Position numbers and translations under genes: made by a program. The notes under the pieces were generated by a model. It was not told the origin of the DNA, did no database searches, and worked only from the letters and a program-made list of their open reading frames with translations. Shown here one piece after another: positions 20,212 through 30,067 of a stretch of DNA of 64,000 bases. Numbering within the stretch: position 1 is the first letter of the stretch; each line of letters begins with the position of its first letter. Source of the stretch: Escherichia phage vB_EcoM_WFL6982. The stretch is taken from sequence record MK373774.1. One strand, written 5' to 3'.

Positions 20212-21321
20212 ATGATTAGTGTAAAAGAAATAGTAGTAGATGCAAAGGATTTAAATAAAGCGATACCAGTCACAGAAAGTGCTGGGCAAAGCACTAAAAC
20301 CGAAACAACTACTAAAACTTATGTTGCTCAATTTCCTACAGGAAGAGCAGCCGGAAATGACTCCACAGGAGACTTCCAGGTAACAGACCTTTATAAGAAT
20401 GGATTATTATTTACCGCGTACAATATGTCTGCACGCGATTCAGGATCCCTCAGGAATTTACGTCCGGCGTATGCCGGGACTTCATCTAATGGTATCATAT
20501 CAGATTTAACTGATAACGTGAAAGATGCAGTGACTAAATTCTCAAATGGCTTGCTTCCTGCCGGAGCTAATAAGTCTACTATAAACAAAACTCCTGTTGC
20601 TAATATACTTTTGCCACGTTCCAAATCTGATGTTGATACAACTTCACATCGTTTTAATGATATCGGTGATAGCCTTATTACTAAAGGTGGAGGTACTGCT
20701 ACGGGTGTTTTAAGTAACATTGCTTCTACTGCAGTTTTTGGTGCATTAGATTCTATTACTCAAGGGCTTATGGCTGATAATAACGAACAGATTTATACGA
20801 CTTCTCGTAGTATGTATGGCGGTGCTGAGAACCGTACTAAAGTCTTTACATGGGATTTAACTCCACGTTCAACTGAAGACCTTATGGCTATTATAAACAT
20901 TTACCAGTATTTTAACTATTTCTCATATGGTGAGACCGGTAAATCACAGTACGCCCAAGAGATTAAAAGTTATTTAGACGAATGGTACCGTTCAACGTTT
21001 ATTGAGCCTATGACGCCAGATGATGCAGTAAAAAATAAGACATTGTTTGAAAAGATTACTGCGTCATTAACAAATGTATTAGTTGTAAGCAACCCTACAA
21101 TTTGGATGGTTAAAAACTTTGGTTATACGTCTAAATTTGATGGATTAACTGACGTATTTGGTCCATGCCAAATTCAAAGCGTACGTTTTGATAAAACTCC
21201 AAATGGACAATTTAATGGTCTTGCTGTTGCTCCTAACTTACCATCAACATTTACGTTAGAGATAACAATGCGAGAAATTATTACATTAAACCGTTCTTCA
21301 CTTTATGCGGGGACTTTCTAA
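20212..21321 (+). CDS. 48: Baseplate tail tube cap gp48
   Basis: 369 aa; synteny. Confidence 0.85.
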   Translation: MISVKEIVVDAKDLNKAIPVTESAGQSTKTETTTKTYVAQFPTGRAAGNDSTGDFQVTDLYKNGLLFTAYNMSARDSGSLRNLRPAYAGTSSNGIISDLTDNVKDAVTKFSNGLLPAGANKSTINKTPVANILLPRSKSDVDTTSHRFNDIGDSLITKGGGTATGVLSNIASTAVFGALDSITQGLMADNNEQIYTTSRSMYGGAENRTKVFTWDLTPRSTEDLMAIINIYQYFNYFSYGETGKSQYAQEIKSYLDEWYRSTFIEPMTPDDAVKNKTLFEKITASLTNVLVVSNPTIWMVKNFGYTSKFDGLTDVFGPCQIQSVRFDKTPNGQFNGLAVAPNLPSTFTLEITMREIITLNRSSLYAGTF

Positions 21322-22283
21322 TGTACTCTTTAGAAGAATTTAATAACCAAGCTATAAATGCAGATTTCCAACGAAACAATATGTTTAGTTGTGTATTTGC
21401 TACTACACCATCAACCAAATCGTCTTCACTAATTTCGTCAATTGGTAGTTTTGCTTATAATAACTTAGGGTTGGATTCAGATTGGCTAGGATTGTCTCAA
21501 GGTGATATCAATCAGGGCGTAACAACCCTGATTACAGCAGGAACACAGAAATTAATTCGAAAATCAGGTATAAGTAAATATCTGATTGGAGCAATGAGTC
21601 AACGTACGGTACAAAGCTTGTTAGGTGAGTTCACAGTAGGAGCTTATCTGATAGACTTCTTCAATATGGCATATAATAATACAGGTTTAATGATTTATTC
21701 TGTAAAAATGCCTGAGAACCGATTATCTTATGAAACGGATTTCAACTATAACTCACCGAACATCCGAATTACCGGCCGTGAAATGGACCCGTTAGTAATA
21801 AGCTTTAGAATGGATTCCGAAGCATCTAACTTTAGAGCAATGCAAGACTGGGTAAACTCAGTCCAAGACCCTGTAACAGGTCTTCGCGCTTTACCACAAG
21901 ACGTCGAAGCAGATATTCAGGTTAATTTACATGCACGAAATGGTTTACCACATACCGCTGTCATGTTCACTGGATGTATTCCTGTTAGTGTCTCTTCTCC
22001 TGAGTTAACGTATGATGGTGATAATCAGATAACAGTTTTTGACGTAACATTTGCCTATCGCGTTATGCAATCAGGTGCTGTAAATAGACAGGCTGCTTTA
22101 GAATGGCTGGAATCAGGACTTATTAGTAGTGTTTCAGGAATGTTTGGAAATAATCAGAATGATTCTGGACTAGGAAGTGCAGTATCAAGACTTTCTAGAT
22201 TAGGTGGGACTGCTGGTGGTGTGTCTAATATAAACACATTGACAGGTGTGGTGAATTCTGCGTCAAGAGTTTTAGGACTATAA
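21321..22283 (+). CDS. 54: Baseplate tail tube initiator gp54
   Basis: 320 aa (T4 length); synteny. Confidence 0.88.
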   Translation: MYSLEEFNNQAINADFQRNNMFSCVFATTPSTKSSSLISSIGSFAYNNLGLDSDWLGLSQGDINQGVTTLITAGTQKLIRKSGISKYLIGAMSQRTVQSLLGEFTVGAYLIDFFNMAYNNTGLMIYSVKMPENRLSYETDFNYNSPNIRITGREMDPLVISFRMDSEASNFRAMQDWVNSVQDPVTGLRALPQDVEADIQVNLHARNGLPHTAVMFTGCIPVSVSSPELTYDGDNQITVFDVTFAYRVMQSGAVNRQAALEWLESGLISSVSGMFGNNQNDSGLGSAVSRLSRLGGTAGGVSNINTLTGVVNSASRVLGL

Positions 22284-22289
22284 GAAAAA

Positions 22290-22306
22290 GGGAGACGTTG
22301 TCTCCC
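22290..22306. terminator. Bidirectional hairpin gggagac-gtt-gtctccc
   Basis: Between convergent gene 54 (+) and minus-strand early genes. Confidence 0.6.
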
Positions 22307-22315
22307 TTTAGGGGT

Positions 22316-22609
22316 TTATTTACGGAATGAAAGGAATGCTGGTGCTCGGAATGGAGTATCATCTTTAGAGTATTTAACTAATACGACCATTGGTACCTCT
22401 GTTTCTAAATGACCTGTCACTACACCGACAAAAATTTGATCAGTGTGCTCAGGGTCACGAAAGTTTTTAAGAGGTTCCATAGCAATATGGAATGCACCTG
22501 GGAATACTCGATTCAATTCGTCAATCACAGCTTCGTTAAAAACATCATCTGCCGGGATAGCATCTTCAACTACTAGTTCTTGACCATTAAAGCGAAGCAT
22601 AGATTTCAT
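22316..22609 (-). CDS. Hypothetical early protein (alt.-1 position)
   Basis: Start moved to internal ATG (MKSMLRFNG...) because early promoter and GAGGAAA RBS lie within the ORF-track N-terminal extension. Confidence 0.55.
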   Translation of the reverse strand: MKSMLRFNGQELVVEDAIPADDVFNEAVIDELNRVFPGAFHIAMEPLKNFRDPEHTDQIFVGVVTGHLETEVPMVVLVKYSKDDTPFRAPAFLSFRK

Positions 22610-22635
22610 AACGTTTTCCTCATGTTGTTGATAGG

Positions 22636-22670
22636 ATAATAGTATCACACATCCATGTGTTTGTAAACTA
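22636..22670 (-). promoter_or_regulatory. T4 early promoter with spacer inverted repeat
   Basis: Minus strand gtttacaaacacatggatgtgtgatactat. Confidence 0.5.
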
Positions 22671-24755
22671 TCCTTGGACAAATTTAAACGGAACTGATTC
22701 TAAATCCATTAAAGATGCTAACAATTTCAAACCTTTAGGTGCACTAGTTTTTTCTACAAATGAAGAGAACGATACCGGCTCATCCGATTCGATTTCACCC
22801 GTCATAGCAACCACCTCGCCTGTTTCCATGAGAACATCACCATCGTAAATGACAGCTTCATCCAACTGGTCTGAGGACATGACTTCAGCTTGAATAAATT
22901 TAAGGTTAGATTCTAAACCTGCACCAGTGTCAGATGACGCATCTGTAATTTTATTTATCTGCAAGAGAATGCCTCTAGGCAAAATAATTTCTTGCTCATT
23001 AGGGTGATTACTCAACTGTCCTGGATAAATCACGTTAACTTTATGGGCGCCGTCAATAGCCCATCCAACGTTAACACGGATTTGTTCTGGCGCATGCATA
23101 GCGGTACGCACCAGACTAGGAGAAATAGTAACACCTTCATCATTATTGTCAATGTTAAGCTCTTTGCGAACTTCTTCAGGAGCAAGTCCAAGGGCAACGT
23201 TCTCTTTAAACCCACCGAAAATAATAGGAGCTAGTGAAGTGGAAACATAGTTTCTGAAGTAGAATACCTTATTTTTAACCATTGCTTCGTAAATAGGCAT
23301 TCTGATAGACTGAGCTCTATATAACGTTAGTCCTTCAGGTAAACGGTCTCCATTTAAAAACGCCGAATCAAGACCATCAATAGCGCGTTTAACTTCATCT
23401 TCATCTGCAACATCGTAAAAATCTGGTTTATAACGACCTAACAACATATTATTGATATCGGTATACGCAGAAGAGGCATATTCACGAATAGCTCGTTTTT
23501 CAGCAACAGAGTATTGTTTAGGGTCCCGATTCATTGTTATATTAAAGGTGCCTCTAGCCGATTCTCGTGCATAAGTATACATCACACTAGACAAGAACGC
23601 TGATTTACGTTGTTTCCAAGTTTTTTCAGATACTTCAGCTAAAACATCGTCGGCCAGTTGGAAATTATCACGTCTAAAATCTTCAAACCATTCGTCTTTA
23701 ATAGAGTCCGCAATTTCGTTTGCAGCTTCAACAAAAGCAGCTAATGCTTTAACAGATGTTGTTTTTTCAGTTTTAATTTTCTTAGCAAACTTTTCTAAAG
23801 TTGGCTTAATAACACTACCATAAGAAACTTCATCAGCAAATCTAAAGGATTCATCAATACGATTATAAATCTTATTTTCGATATCAGCAACTAAAGTGCC
23901 TTTTGCTGTGGATGATGCTTGGGCTAGTACGATTTCATATGCTTCAGGAAGTAATTCGGCTGTAGCCGGGCCACTAACTTCTTTAGCAGAATTTTCGTAT
24001 TTCTGGAATAACTCACCTTCTTGGCGGTCAGCTTCTAAAGATTGGCTTGCGGCAATAGCACGACGAGAAATTTTAGTACGAGCAATAACAGGCTTATCTT
24101 TACGTTTTTCTTCTACAGCAGCAATAGAACCGGCGATAGCCGTTTCTTTGGTGACCTTTTCGCCAGTCTTTTTACTCACATAAACTTCGCCAACATCAGA
24201 ATCTACTTTCGCGTACAACTCTGTGTTAATGTTAGGGATGCCTTTAATATCTTCAATGTTGGCATTTTTACGAACCATCATCACATAGGTGTGTTTACCT
24301 GTGAATTGATACATTGCCGACAATACTTTAAAACGACCACCGGTTTTAGTAGAAACTAAACGAGCAAGAAGAGTTTGAAGCTGCTGTCCACGTCCTTTCA
24401 ATTTCTTGGTAGGGAATCGGAATAGAACCGCATCCATACGAAGAGCTTTAACCTGTTCATATACTGTATTGAAAATGGTGTTGATTGCATCAATAGGAGC
24501 AGGACCAAGGCCATTTTTCAATTCAGCGAGATTACCCTTTTCAGACAGACTCATAATAACAACATGAGCGTATTTGTCGCCAAGTTTAACTTGTTTTACA
24601 GCGTCGCCTTCGGAAAGGTAAGAGAATAAACGAACTACGATGTTTGTATCAACATCACCAATTTTCCAGACTTGTGGAACTTTAGCTTTAGGGTTCAAAT
24701 TGACGACAGGAAGACTGCCTTCAGATTCAAACACTTCATTTAATTGTTCAGACAT
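22668..24755 (-). CDS. alt: Alt ADP-ribosyltransferase (packaged early-acting enzyme)
   Basis: 695 aa; size and position between gene 30 and gene 54 as in T4. Confidence 0.85.
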   Translation of the reverse strand: MSEQLNEVFESEGSLPVVNLNPKAKVPQVWKIGDVDTNIVVRLFSYLSEGDAVKQVKLGDKYAHVVIMSLSEKGNLAELKNGLGPAPIDAINTIFNTVYEQVKALRMDAVLFRFPTKKLKGRGQQLQTLLARLVSTKTGGRFKVLSAMYQFTGKHTYVMMVRKNANIEDIKGIPNINTELYAKVDSDVGEVYVSKKTGEKVTKETAIAGSIAAVEEKRKDKPVIARTKISRRAIAASQSLEADRQEGELFQKYENSAKEVSGPATAELLPEAYEIVLAQASSTAKGTLVADIENKIYNRIDESFRFADEVSYGSVIKPTLEKFAKKIKTEKTTSVKALAAFVEAANEIADSIKDEWFEDFRRDNFQLADDVLAEVSEKTWKQRKSAFLSSVMYTYARESARGTFNITMNRDPKQYSVAEKRAIREYASSAYTDINNMLLGRYKPDFYDVADEDEVKRAIDGLDSAFLNGDRLPEGLTLYRAQSIRMPIYEAMVKNKVFYFRNYVSTSLAPIIFGGFKENVALGLAPEEVRKELNIDNNDEGVTISPSLVRTAMHAPEQIRVNVGWAIDGAHKVNVIYPGQLSNHPNEQEIILPRGILLQINKITDASSDTGAGLESNLKFIQAEVMSSDQLDEAVIYDGDVLMETGEVVAMTGEIESDEPVSFSSFVEKTSAPKGLKLLASLMDLESVPFKFVQG

Positions 24756-24795
24756 AGTGTTTTCCTTTTAGTAATAATTTATATTTATGCCAAAA

Positions 24796-24811
24796 AGAGC
24801 CCGAAGGCTCT
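24796..24811 (-). terminator. Hairpin agagcc-cgaa-ggctct + T-run (minus)
   Basis: Downstream of small ORF 24811..24999. Confidence 0.5.
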
Positions 24812-24999
24812 TAATCCACAATCGGAAGCAAAGTACGATAAACTTCAAAATTAGAGCCTTTTTCGTACTTATCGAAATTGTCCATAAAAATATGATAGGA
24901 ATCGTTATTAGGAAAATCTAATATAATCTGAGAGCAAGAGGTGGAAACATCTCCACCATCCTTCTTAGCTACAATAACTGTTTCTAAATAAGCTTTCAT
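24811..24999 (-). CDS. Hypothetical small protein coupled to DNA ligase stop (TAATG overlap)
   Basis: 62 aa from internal ATG overlapping ligase stop; followed by terminator. Confidence 0.45.
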   Translation of the reverse strand: MKAYLETVIVAKKDGGDVSTSCSQIILDFPNNDSYHIFMDNFDKYEKGSNFEVYRTLLPIVD

Positions 25000-26492
25000 T
25001 ATAAACCTGTCTGGGACCACGGTCCAAATACGTCTTCAAACGAATCCGCTTCTGTTTTATCAAAACGGAACCCTTTAATAATTGGGAGGAAAATACCTAC
25101 AGTGCCTTCACGTCCTTTAGAATGAACCCAACCATTGCATTCACAATCAGCAATACGTCCAATCAATTTACCTTCACGAGCTTCGGTCATTAATCGTTCA
25201 CGGTCCAAATCATGTCGCTCATCTAAAGGAATAAGAACCTTTACACCATCAACTGTTTTATGAGTTGTATCTTTAAACCCTGAACCACAATCGGTTGTAA
25301 TACGACGACAACGTGATACGAGTTCGACACCACCTAATTTGTTAGGGTCTTTAGAGTGTTCATAGTATCCTACAACTTCTAAAGCGATATCAATAACTTC
25401 TTTAAATTTAATTAGGTTCTTAGAACGTTTGTTTTCCCAATATGAATCACGGTTTTTAAGGATAATACCTTCAAGACCTTGGTCAACATATTTTTTATAA
25501 ACCACTTTAGCTTCGTCAAGATTACGAACTAACTGATTTTCAATTGGCTCAATTCGTTTAAAGCCTTCAGCCATATTTTCAAGAGCAGCAAAACGAACAT
25601 CGTATTTCTGACCTTTAATTTTGCCATCAGAATAGACTTCATCTAAAGGAACATAGTCCCAGGCTTGAAGAACCATACCTTCAGCTTCTTTAGGAGAAAT
25701 AGTCCCTTGAAGAGATTTATTTGCTAAACCGTTTGAAGTGCTACGGTCCGCAACTTGTACTTCTTCGGATTCTTCATTATCACCAAATAAGAACGACAGG
25801 TCATTTCCTGAGCTCACAGCCTTTTTAATATCAAATGAATGGTAAACTAATTCACCGTCGATTAAAACCCCATTAGGGTGTCTTTCACGAGCTTCTTTAG
25901 TCATTTCCATTAGTTCATCCGCTAATAGAGTAAGACCATGATATTCGTTGCCGGCACGAGAAAAGAATTGAACACCATCATCGCGAACTTCAGCGAAACA
26001 ACGAGCACCATCTGCTTTTAATTGGGCAAATGCGGGCCATTTAATATTTTTAGTAATCAATTTCTCGTCATATGCAGATGCTAACATCTGTGGTTGCAAT
26101 TGAATAAGTCCAGGCCACACCTTATTCGCGATAGACACTGAAGCACCTACTTCAAGATCGCGCATCATTACACGACGAAGGACTTCTACATCATCAGGTT
26201 TACCATCAGCGATATAACCCATGAGCTCTTTAATTGCAGCATTACCAGTGAGTTTACGAGTGGCTAATGTGAACTCAATAAAATCCAACATGTCATCTAA
26301 TTCAAGAAGACCATACGCTTGAGACCTTTCACCTGGTCCTGGCCATTTCTTAATATAATACTGGATACCACGTGCATATGTTAAACGATACACACGTTCA
26401 AGTAATTTGTTGTCCTTATTTTTCTTAAGGATTTCCTGTTTTGTTTTAGTAGAACCAATCGCAGCTATTTGGTTTAAAATATCTAAAATCAT
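24999..26492 (-). CDS. 30: ATP-dependent DNA ligase gp30
   Basis: 497 aa; active-site motif KADGAR; N-terminus matches T4 ligase. Confidence 0.95.
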   Translation of the reverse strand: MILDILNQIAAIGSTKTKQEILKKNKDNKLLERVYRLTYARGIQYYIKKWPGPGERSQAYGLLELDDMLDFIEFTLATRKLTGNAAIKELMGYIADGKPDDVEVLRRVMMRDLEVGASVSIANKVWPGLIQLQPQMLASAYDEKLITKNIKWPAFAQLKADGARCFAEVRDDGVQFFSRAGNEYHGLTLLADELMEMTKEARERHPNGVLIDGELVYHSFDIKKAVSSGNDLSFLFGDNEESEEVQVADRSTSNGLANKSLQGTISPKEAEGMVLQAWDYVPLDEVYSDGKIKGQKYDVRFAALENMAEGFKRIEPIENQLVRNLDEAKVVYKKYVDQGLEGIILKNRDSYWENKRSKNLIKFKEVIDIALEVVGYYEHSKDPNKLGGVELVSRCRRITTDCGSGFKDTTHKTVDGVKVLIPLDERHDLDRERLMTEAREGKLIGRIADCECNGWVHSKGREGTVGIFLPIIKGFRFDKTEADSFEDVFGPWSQTGL

Positions 26493-26758
26493 TTGATGTC
26501 CTCGATTTTGGTTACGGTTCTATTATAAGCCACTTCATCTAGAAGCGATTTCAGCGTTTTCTGATAAGTTGTAATCCATTTACCGAGTCCTTCAACATAG
26601 TATTCTGAAATGTAGATGAACCCTTGTTCAACACACTCTTTAAATATTTCTGCGTCTTTTACTGAACGAAACAATGGCCAGTCTCGAAAGAACATGTTAA
26701 CGTGACCGTAGTCACGTGTGGTATTTTTGCCATCTGTAATATCATGAACTACAAACAT
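26489..26758 (-). CDS. Hypothetical protein (30.1 position)
   Basis: 89 aa, coupled to ligase start. Confidence 0.55.
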   Translation of the reverse strand: MFVVHDITDGKNTTRDYGHVNMFFRDWPLFRSVKDAEIFKECVEQGFIYISEYYVEGLGKWITTYQKTLKSLLDEVAYNRTVTKIEDIK

Positions 26759-26767
26759 AATTAACCC

Positions 26768-27592
26768 TTAACAATTTATAGACCAAGTCCATTTAGACGA
26801 ATCTAAAGGAAAGTTTTGAATCGTCCACCACGGCTGCATATCAGTTGGTCCTGGGGTTCGCCAGGTATATGGAGTACGTGTTGTCGAGGGGCCACCAATT
26901 TGATTAGGCCATGCACCTGGACTTGTTGCACCAGATTCTTTAAGCAAATCCGCCAATCGTTTTAAAAGGTCTTCACGATCTGAATCTGAATTATTCTTAG
27001 GCAGAACCAAACGAGATTCAATATCATCCCACGTGTGTACACGTTGTGCAGTACGAGGAATGGCATCACGTTCACCACGAGCCAACCAATAAATCGGTAC
27101 ATTAAGAATTTCTGCCGCATGGTCACAATGATGAGCTAAATCGTCAACGTAACAAATTACGTTATATTTTGTTTTAGCTAGTTCGAATAATTGTTCCTTT
27201 GAAGAATCATGACCACACATCATTACTTCAGAGAAAGCGCCTGGGAACAAAGCATTCAAATTAAATTGTCTATTCAATCGAGCATCAATTGAATCACCTA
27301 GCGCCGTCACGGCTACAAAATTATAGTCTTCTTTTAGTTTATTGATAACTCGAAGAGCATCAGAATAAGGCGCTAAGTAACGAATAAAATCAGAGCTATT
27401 ATATTTTTCTATTAATTGTTTACCAAGGTTATCGTCGGTGTTGAACAGTTTACCAGGAGAAATAAATTTTTCGTCCTGAATCATTTTTAAAATATGTTCT
27501 AATGGAAGGTTATATTTTTGGGCAAAATAAGGAAGTCCAGATTGCCAGCTTAAACATACACCATCAATATCAGTCAAAATAGTAGGCTTCAT
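26768..27592 (-). CDS. HAD-superfamily hydrolase-like protein (30.2 position)
   Basis: 274 aa; N-terminal ILTDIDGV (DxDx[TV] HAD motif I). Confidence 0.6.
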   Translation of the reverse strand: MKPTILTDIDGVCLSWQSGLPYFAQKYNLPLEHILKMIQDEKFISPGKLFNTDDNLGKQLIEKYNSSDFIRYLAPYSDALRVINKLKEDYNFVAVTALGDSIDARLNRQFNLNALFPGAFSEVMMCGHDSSKEQLFELAKTKYNVICYVDDLAHHCDHAAEILNVPIYWLARGERDAIPRTAQRVHTWDDIESRLVLPKNNSDSDREDLLKRLADLLKESGATSPGAWPNQIGGPSTTRTPYTWRTPGPTDMQPWWTIQNFPLDSSKWTWSINC

Positions 27593-28056
27593 AAAGAGTC
27601 TCTTAATAGGTTTAACACGTCAATAAATTCATCTTCAGTTAGTATTGTATCATCTTTTGTTAGGTGGCTGGCCATGCTGTGCTTCAAAATTTTTCCTTTA
27701 GAGGCTTGTAAGGCATCACGAAACCCCTTGTTTTGGATCGCGGCTTCAAAATATGCATTTGTGTATAATTCTTTCCATGCTTCGGAGTATCTTGAAAATG
27801 GAACTCCTAACCAGAAGAGAGTCCCACGGTCCTGAGCTCTTGCGTAAGACCTTCCAGCTTGCTGTGCAGCCAATCCAGACAACCAAAATATACGTCTTTG
27901 TTGTTCAACATTTTTCACCTTACATCCTTGGAGAAATCCTTCAAGACCTCCGAATTGAATACCATCCATAACAAAAGGCCATTGAGCAAAGTTACTTAAT
28001 GCACATGACGGCCATTTGAAATTACTTCTTATTTCTAATTCAGACATCTTTAACAC
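27589..28056 (-). CDS. NADAR/YbiA-like (DUF1768) protein (30.3 position)
   Basis: 155 aa; LSNFAQWPFVMDGIQFGGLEGFLQ and YFEAAIQNKGFRD resemble NADAR signatures. Confidence 0.6.
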   Translation of the reverse strand: MLKMSELEIRSNFKWPSCALSNFAQWPFVMDGIQFGGLEGFLQGCKVKNVEQQRRIFWLSGLAAQQAGRSYARAQDRGTLFWLGVPFSRYSEAWKELYTNAYFEAAIQNKGFRDALQASKGKILKHSMASHLTKDDTILTEDEFIDVLNLLRDSL

Positions 28057-28258
28057 TTATAATTTCAACATCAGCCCAATGTCCGTATCCAGGTATACGG
28101 TCTTCGATAGATAAATTTCTGTCATTTTTAGGCATTTTAATTGACGTAACGTATGGTTCTAAACGGTTTTCCGCGTAATATGGAAAAACGTCGGTTACAC
28201 GATAAGTAACTTCAATCATTTCCGTACCAAACAATTTCTGGATTAATTTATTCAACAT
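28040..28258 (-). CDS. Hypothetical protein
   Basis: 72 aa ORF in 30.x early cluster. Confidence 0.45.
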   Translation of the reverse strand: MLNKLIQKLFGTEMIEVTYRVTDVFPYYAENRLEPYVTSIKMPKNDRNLSIEDRIPGYGHWADVEIISVKDV

Positions 28259-28445
28259 GTTTCAACCCTTTAATAGGAGATAACTCTTTACCCATACGTA
28301 TGTCAGAAGTCCCATCAACCCATTGAACAGCATACGCTTCATTGATAATTCCAGCGGCAGTTTTAAATTCGTTGAGAACTTTAAAAATCATCCCAGGGAT
28401 TCCAACACCTTTTAATTGGACTGTTTGTGCTATTAAAAATTTCAT
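28248..28445 (-). CDS. Hypothetical protein
   Basis: 65 aa ORF downstream of early promoter. Confidence 0.45.
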   Translation of the reverse strand: MKFLIAQTVQLKGVGIPGMIFKVLNEFKTAAGIINEAYAVQWVDGTSDIRMGKELSPIKGLKHVE

Positions 28446-28467
28446 ATTTTTCCACTTACTAAAGAAA

Positions 28468-28500
28468 TCATTATACTCTAATCCGTCCTTGGATGTACAC
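28468..28500 (-). promoter_or_regulatory. Early promoter variant (-35 GTGTAC / -10 TATAAT)
   Basis: Minus strand gtgtacatccaaggacggattagagtataat. Confidence 0.4.
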
Positions 28501-29114
28501 TACTTAATGAAATTAATTTCTACCGGATGAACAACAGGTTGAGCAGTGATATATTGAGTAATTGCTTTCATGACTAGAGCTTCAGAACCAGGATTTTTCT
28601 CAACGAATTCACGTGCTAGGTTATGAGCTTCGAGTTCACTCAATAAACCGGAACGCTGGCATCCACGGTCTTGAGTACCCTGTTCAGATAAAAGGACTAC
28701 TACATATTTTTCATCGTCGTAGGGCTTAGCCAGTTGAGCAAATGTTCCTTTACTTCCAAAAGGAGAGTTATGTCGCCACATCACGCCGTGAGGAGTTTCA
28801 ACCTTCGTATATTCGTGCGGTCCATTTTTCTTAGTTTCTTGATGTGGAACTTCATAGACTTTAGGGTTAGGACATTCAATAAAATGCTCATCTAAATCGG
28901 TCGAGAATATTAAAGTAAAACAATTACTGAATTTACCAACACCGGCCTGATAAATTTTACCTTCAGAAGTTCTAATTTCACAAACTGAGCCGGCATCAGT
29001 AACTTCTAAAACTTCAAAAGGCTCAATAAGGTCATATGAGAACATGTTTTTAAGGCGTGGAGTAATATCCCCATTTTTAAAATTCATTTTATAAAAAGTA
29101 TTAACTTTAAACAT
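28500..29114 (-). CDS. Hypothetical protein (30.5/30.6 region)
   Basis: 204 aa from internal ATG (MFKVNT...); ORF-track extension overlaps terminator hairpin. Confidence 0.55.
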   Translation of the reverse strand: MFKVNTFYKMNFKNGDITPRLKNMFSYDLIEPFEVLEVTDAGSVCEIRTSEGKIYQAGVGKFSNCFTLIFSTDLDEHFIECPNPKVYEVPHQETKKNGPHEYTKVETPHGVMWRHNSPFGSKGTFAQLAKPYDDEKYVVVLLSEQGTQDRGCQRSGLLSELEAHNLAREFVEKNPGSEALVMKAITQYITAQPVVHPVEINFIK

Positions 29115-29126
29115 AATTTCCTCAGT

Positions 29127-29142
29127 GGGAGCCGAAGCTCCC
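29127..29142 (-). terminator. Hairpin gggagc-cgaa-gctccc
   Basis: GC stem with GNRA-like loop after upstream ORF stop. Confidence 0.5.
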
Positions 29143-29149
29143 AATTAAT

Positions 29150-29515
29150 TTAGATATCAAATTCGTTAAGAACTACATCAAAGATTGCTTCGAGATGTTC
29201 AGGTTTAGCTCGGTTACTCAGGATATGACGAATCCAAGTTTTAACCAGAAGTTTACGATTAACACCATTCCAGCAAGGATGAGTACCTAAATCACGCTGA
29301 CGGAAATCATCATCTAATGCAATTTTAAAATTTGAACCTTCCATCGTGATTGAAACCGTGATACCATTTTCAAATCGCATATAAACGTAATTAGGAGTCA
29401 TGCACTGTTCGATTTCACAAACTGTACCGTTTTCGTGTTTCCATAAGCAAATAACTTCAGAAGAACCAGCAATACCGTTAGAAACATATTTACGTTCGAA
29501 GTTGGTGTAGTTCAT
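29150..29515 (-). CDS. Hypothetical protein (30.7-like, 121 aa)
   Basis: Start moved to internal ATG with GGAG RBS; early promoter lies within ORF-track extension. Confidence 0.55.
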   Translation of the reverse strand: MNYTNFERKYVSNGIAGSSEVICLWKHENGTVCEIEQCMTPNYVYMRFENGITVSITMEGSNFKIALDDDFRQRDLGTHPCWNGVNRKLLVKTWIRHILSNRAKPEHLEAIFDVVLNEFDI

Positions 29516-29539
29516 TTTATTCTCCAGATGTTTAAGTTG

Positions 29540-29578
29540 TTTGTTGGTACAGGTCTCTATAATAACATAACCTGTACC
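29540..29578 (-). promoter_or_regulatory. Early promoter (TTTACT ... ATTATA)
   Basis: Minus strand gtttactttggtacaggttatgttattatag. Confidence 0.45.
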
Positions 29579-29591
29579 AAAGTAAACTGTT

Positions 29592-29960
29592 TTATGCAAC
29601 TTTAATCCAATTGTCTAAATTTAAAACACCTTTGGCTTTCATTTTTTCTATCAGGTTATCTGCTGTAATGCGTCCATTTTGATACCATGTAACATCTTCA
29701 GAGTAACCAGTTTCTTCGTCAACATATGTTTCTGAACGAATTTTACCGGTAATAATAGTTTTTAATTCGTATGTGTCACCTGTGAAAAAGTTTGCTAACA
29801 CAATTTTCCAAGAGAAATCATCAGAAGGACCTTCAGGGGTCATACAACCTACGAACTCAAATTGCTCTTTGTATAACATCCACTGGAATTCTTTAATTTC
29901 GATAGCTTTATAACCATCGTGGTCTTTACATTTGATGTATGAGTTCAGATTGATTTTCAT
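29592..29960 (-). CDS. Hypothetical protein (30.8/30.9 region)
   Basis: 122 aa ORF preceded by early promoter. Confidence 0.55.
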   Translation of the reverse strand: MKINLNSYIKCKDHDGYKAIEIKEFQWMLYKEQFEFVGCMTPEGPSDDFSWKIVLANFFTGDTYELKTIITGKIRSETYVDEETGYSEDVTWYQNGRITADNLIEKMKAKGVLNLDNWIKVA

Positions 29961-29999
29961 TTTGTTCTCCAGGTTGTTTTATTGATTAGATGGTACAAG

Positions 30000-30033
30000 T
30001 CTATAGTAACACATCCTACAGGAGAGTAAACAT
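30000..30033 (-). promoter_or_regulatory. Early promoter with spacer inverted repeat
   Basis: Minus strand gtttactctcctgtaggatgtgttactatag. Confidence 0.5.
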
Positions 30034-30067
30034 CTTTTTAAACTTTTTCTGCCCTAAACGCACAAAA

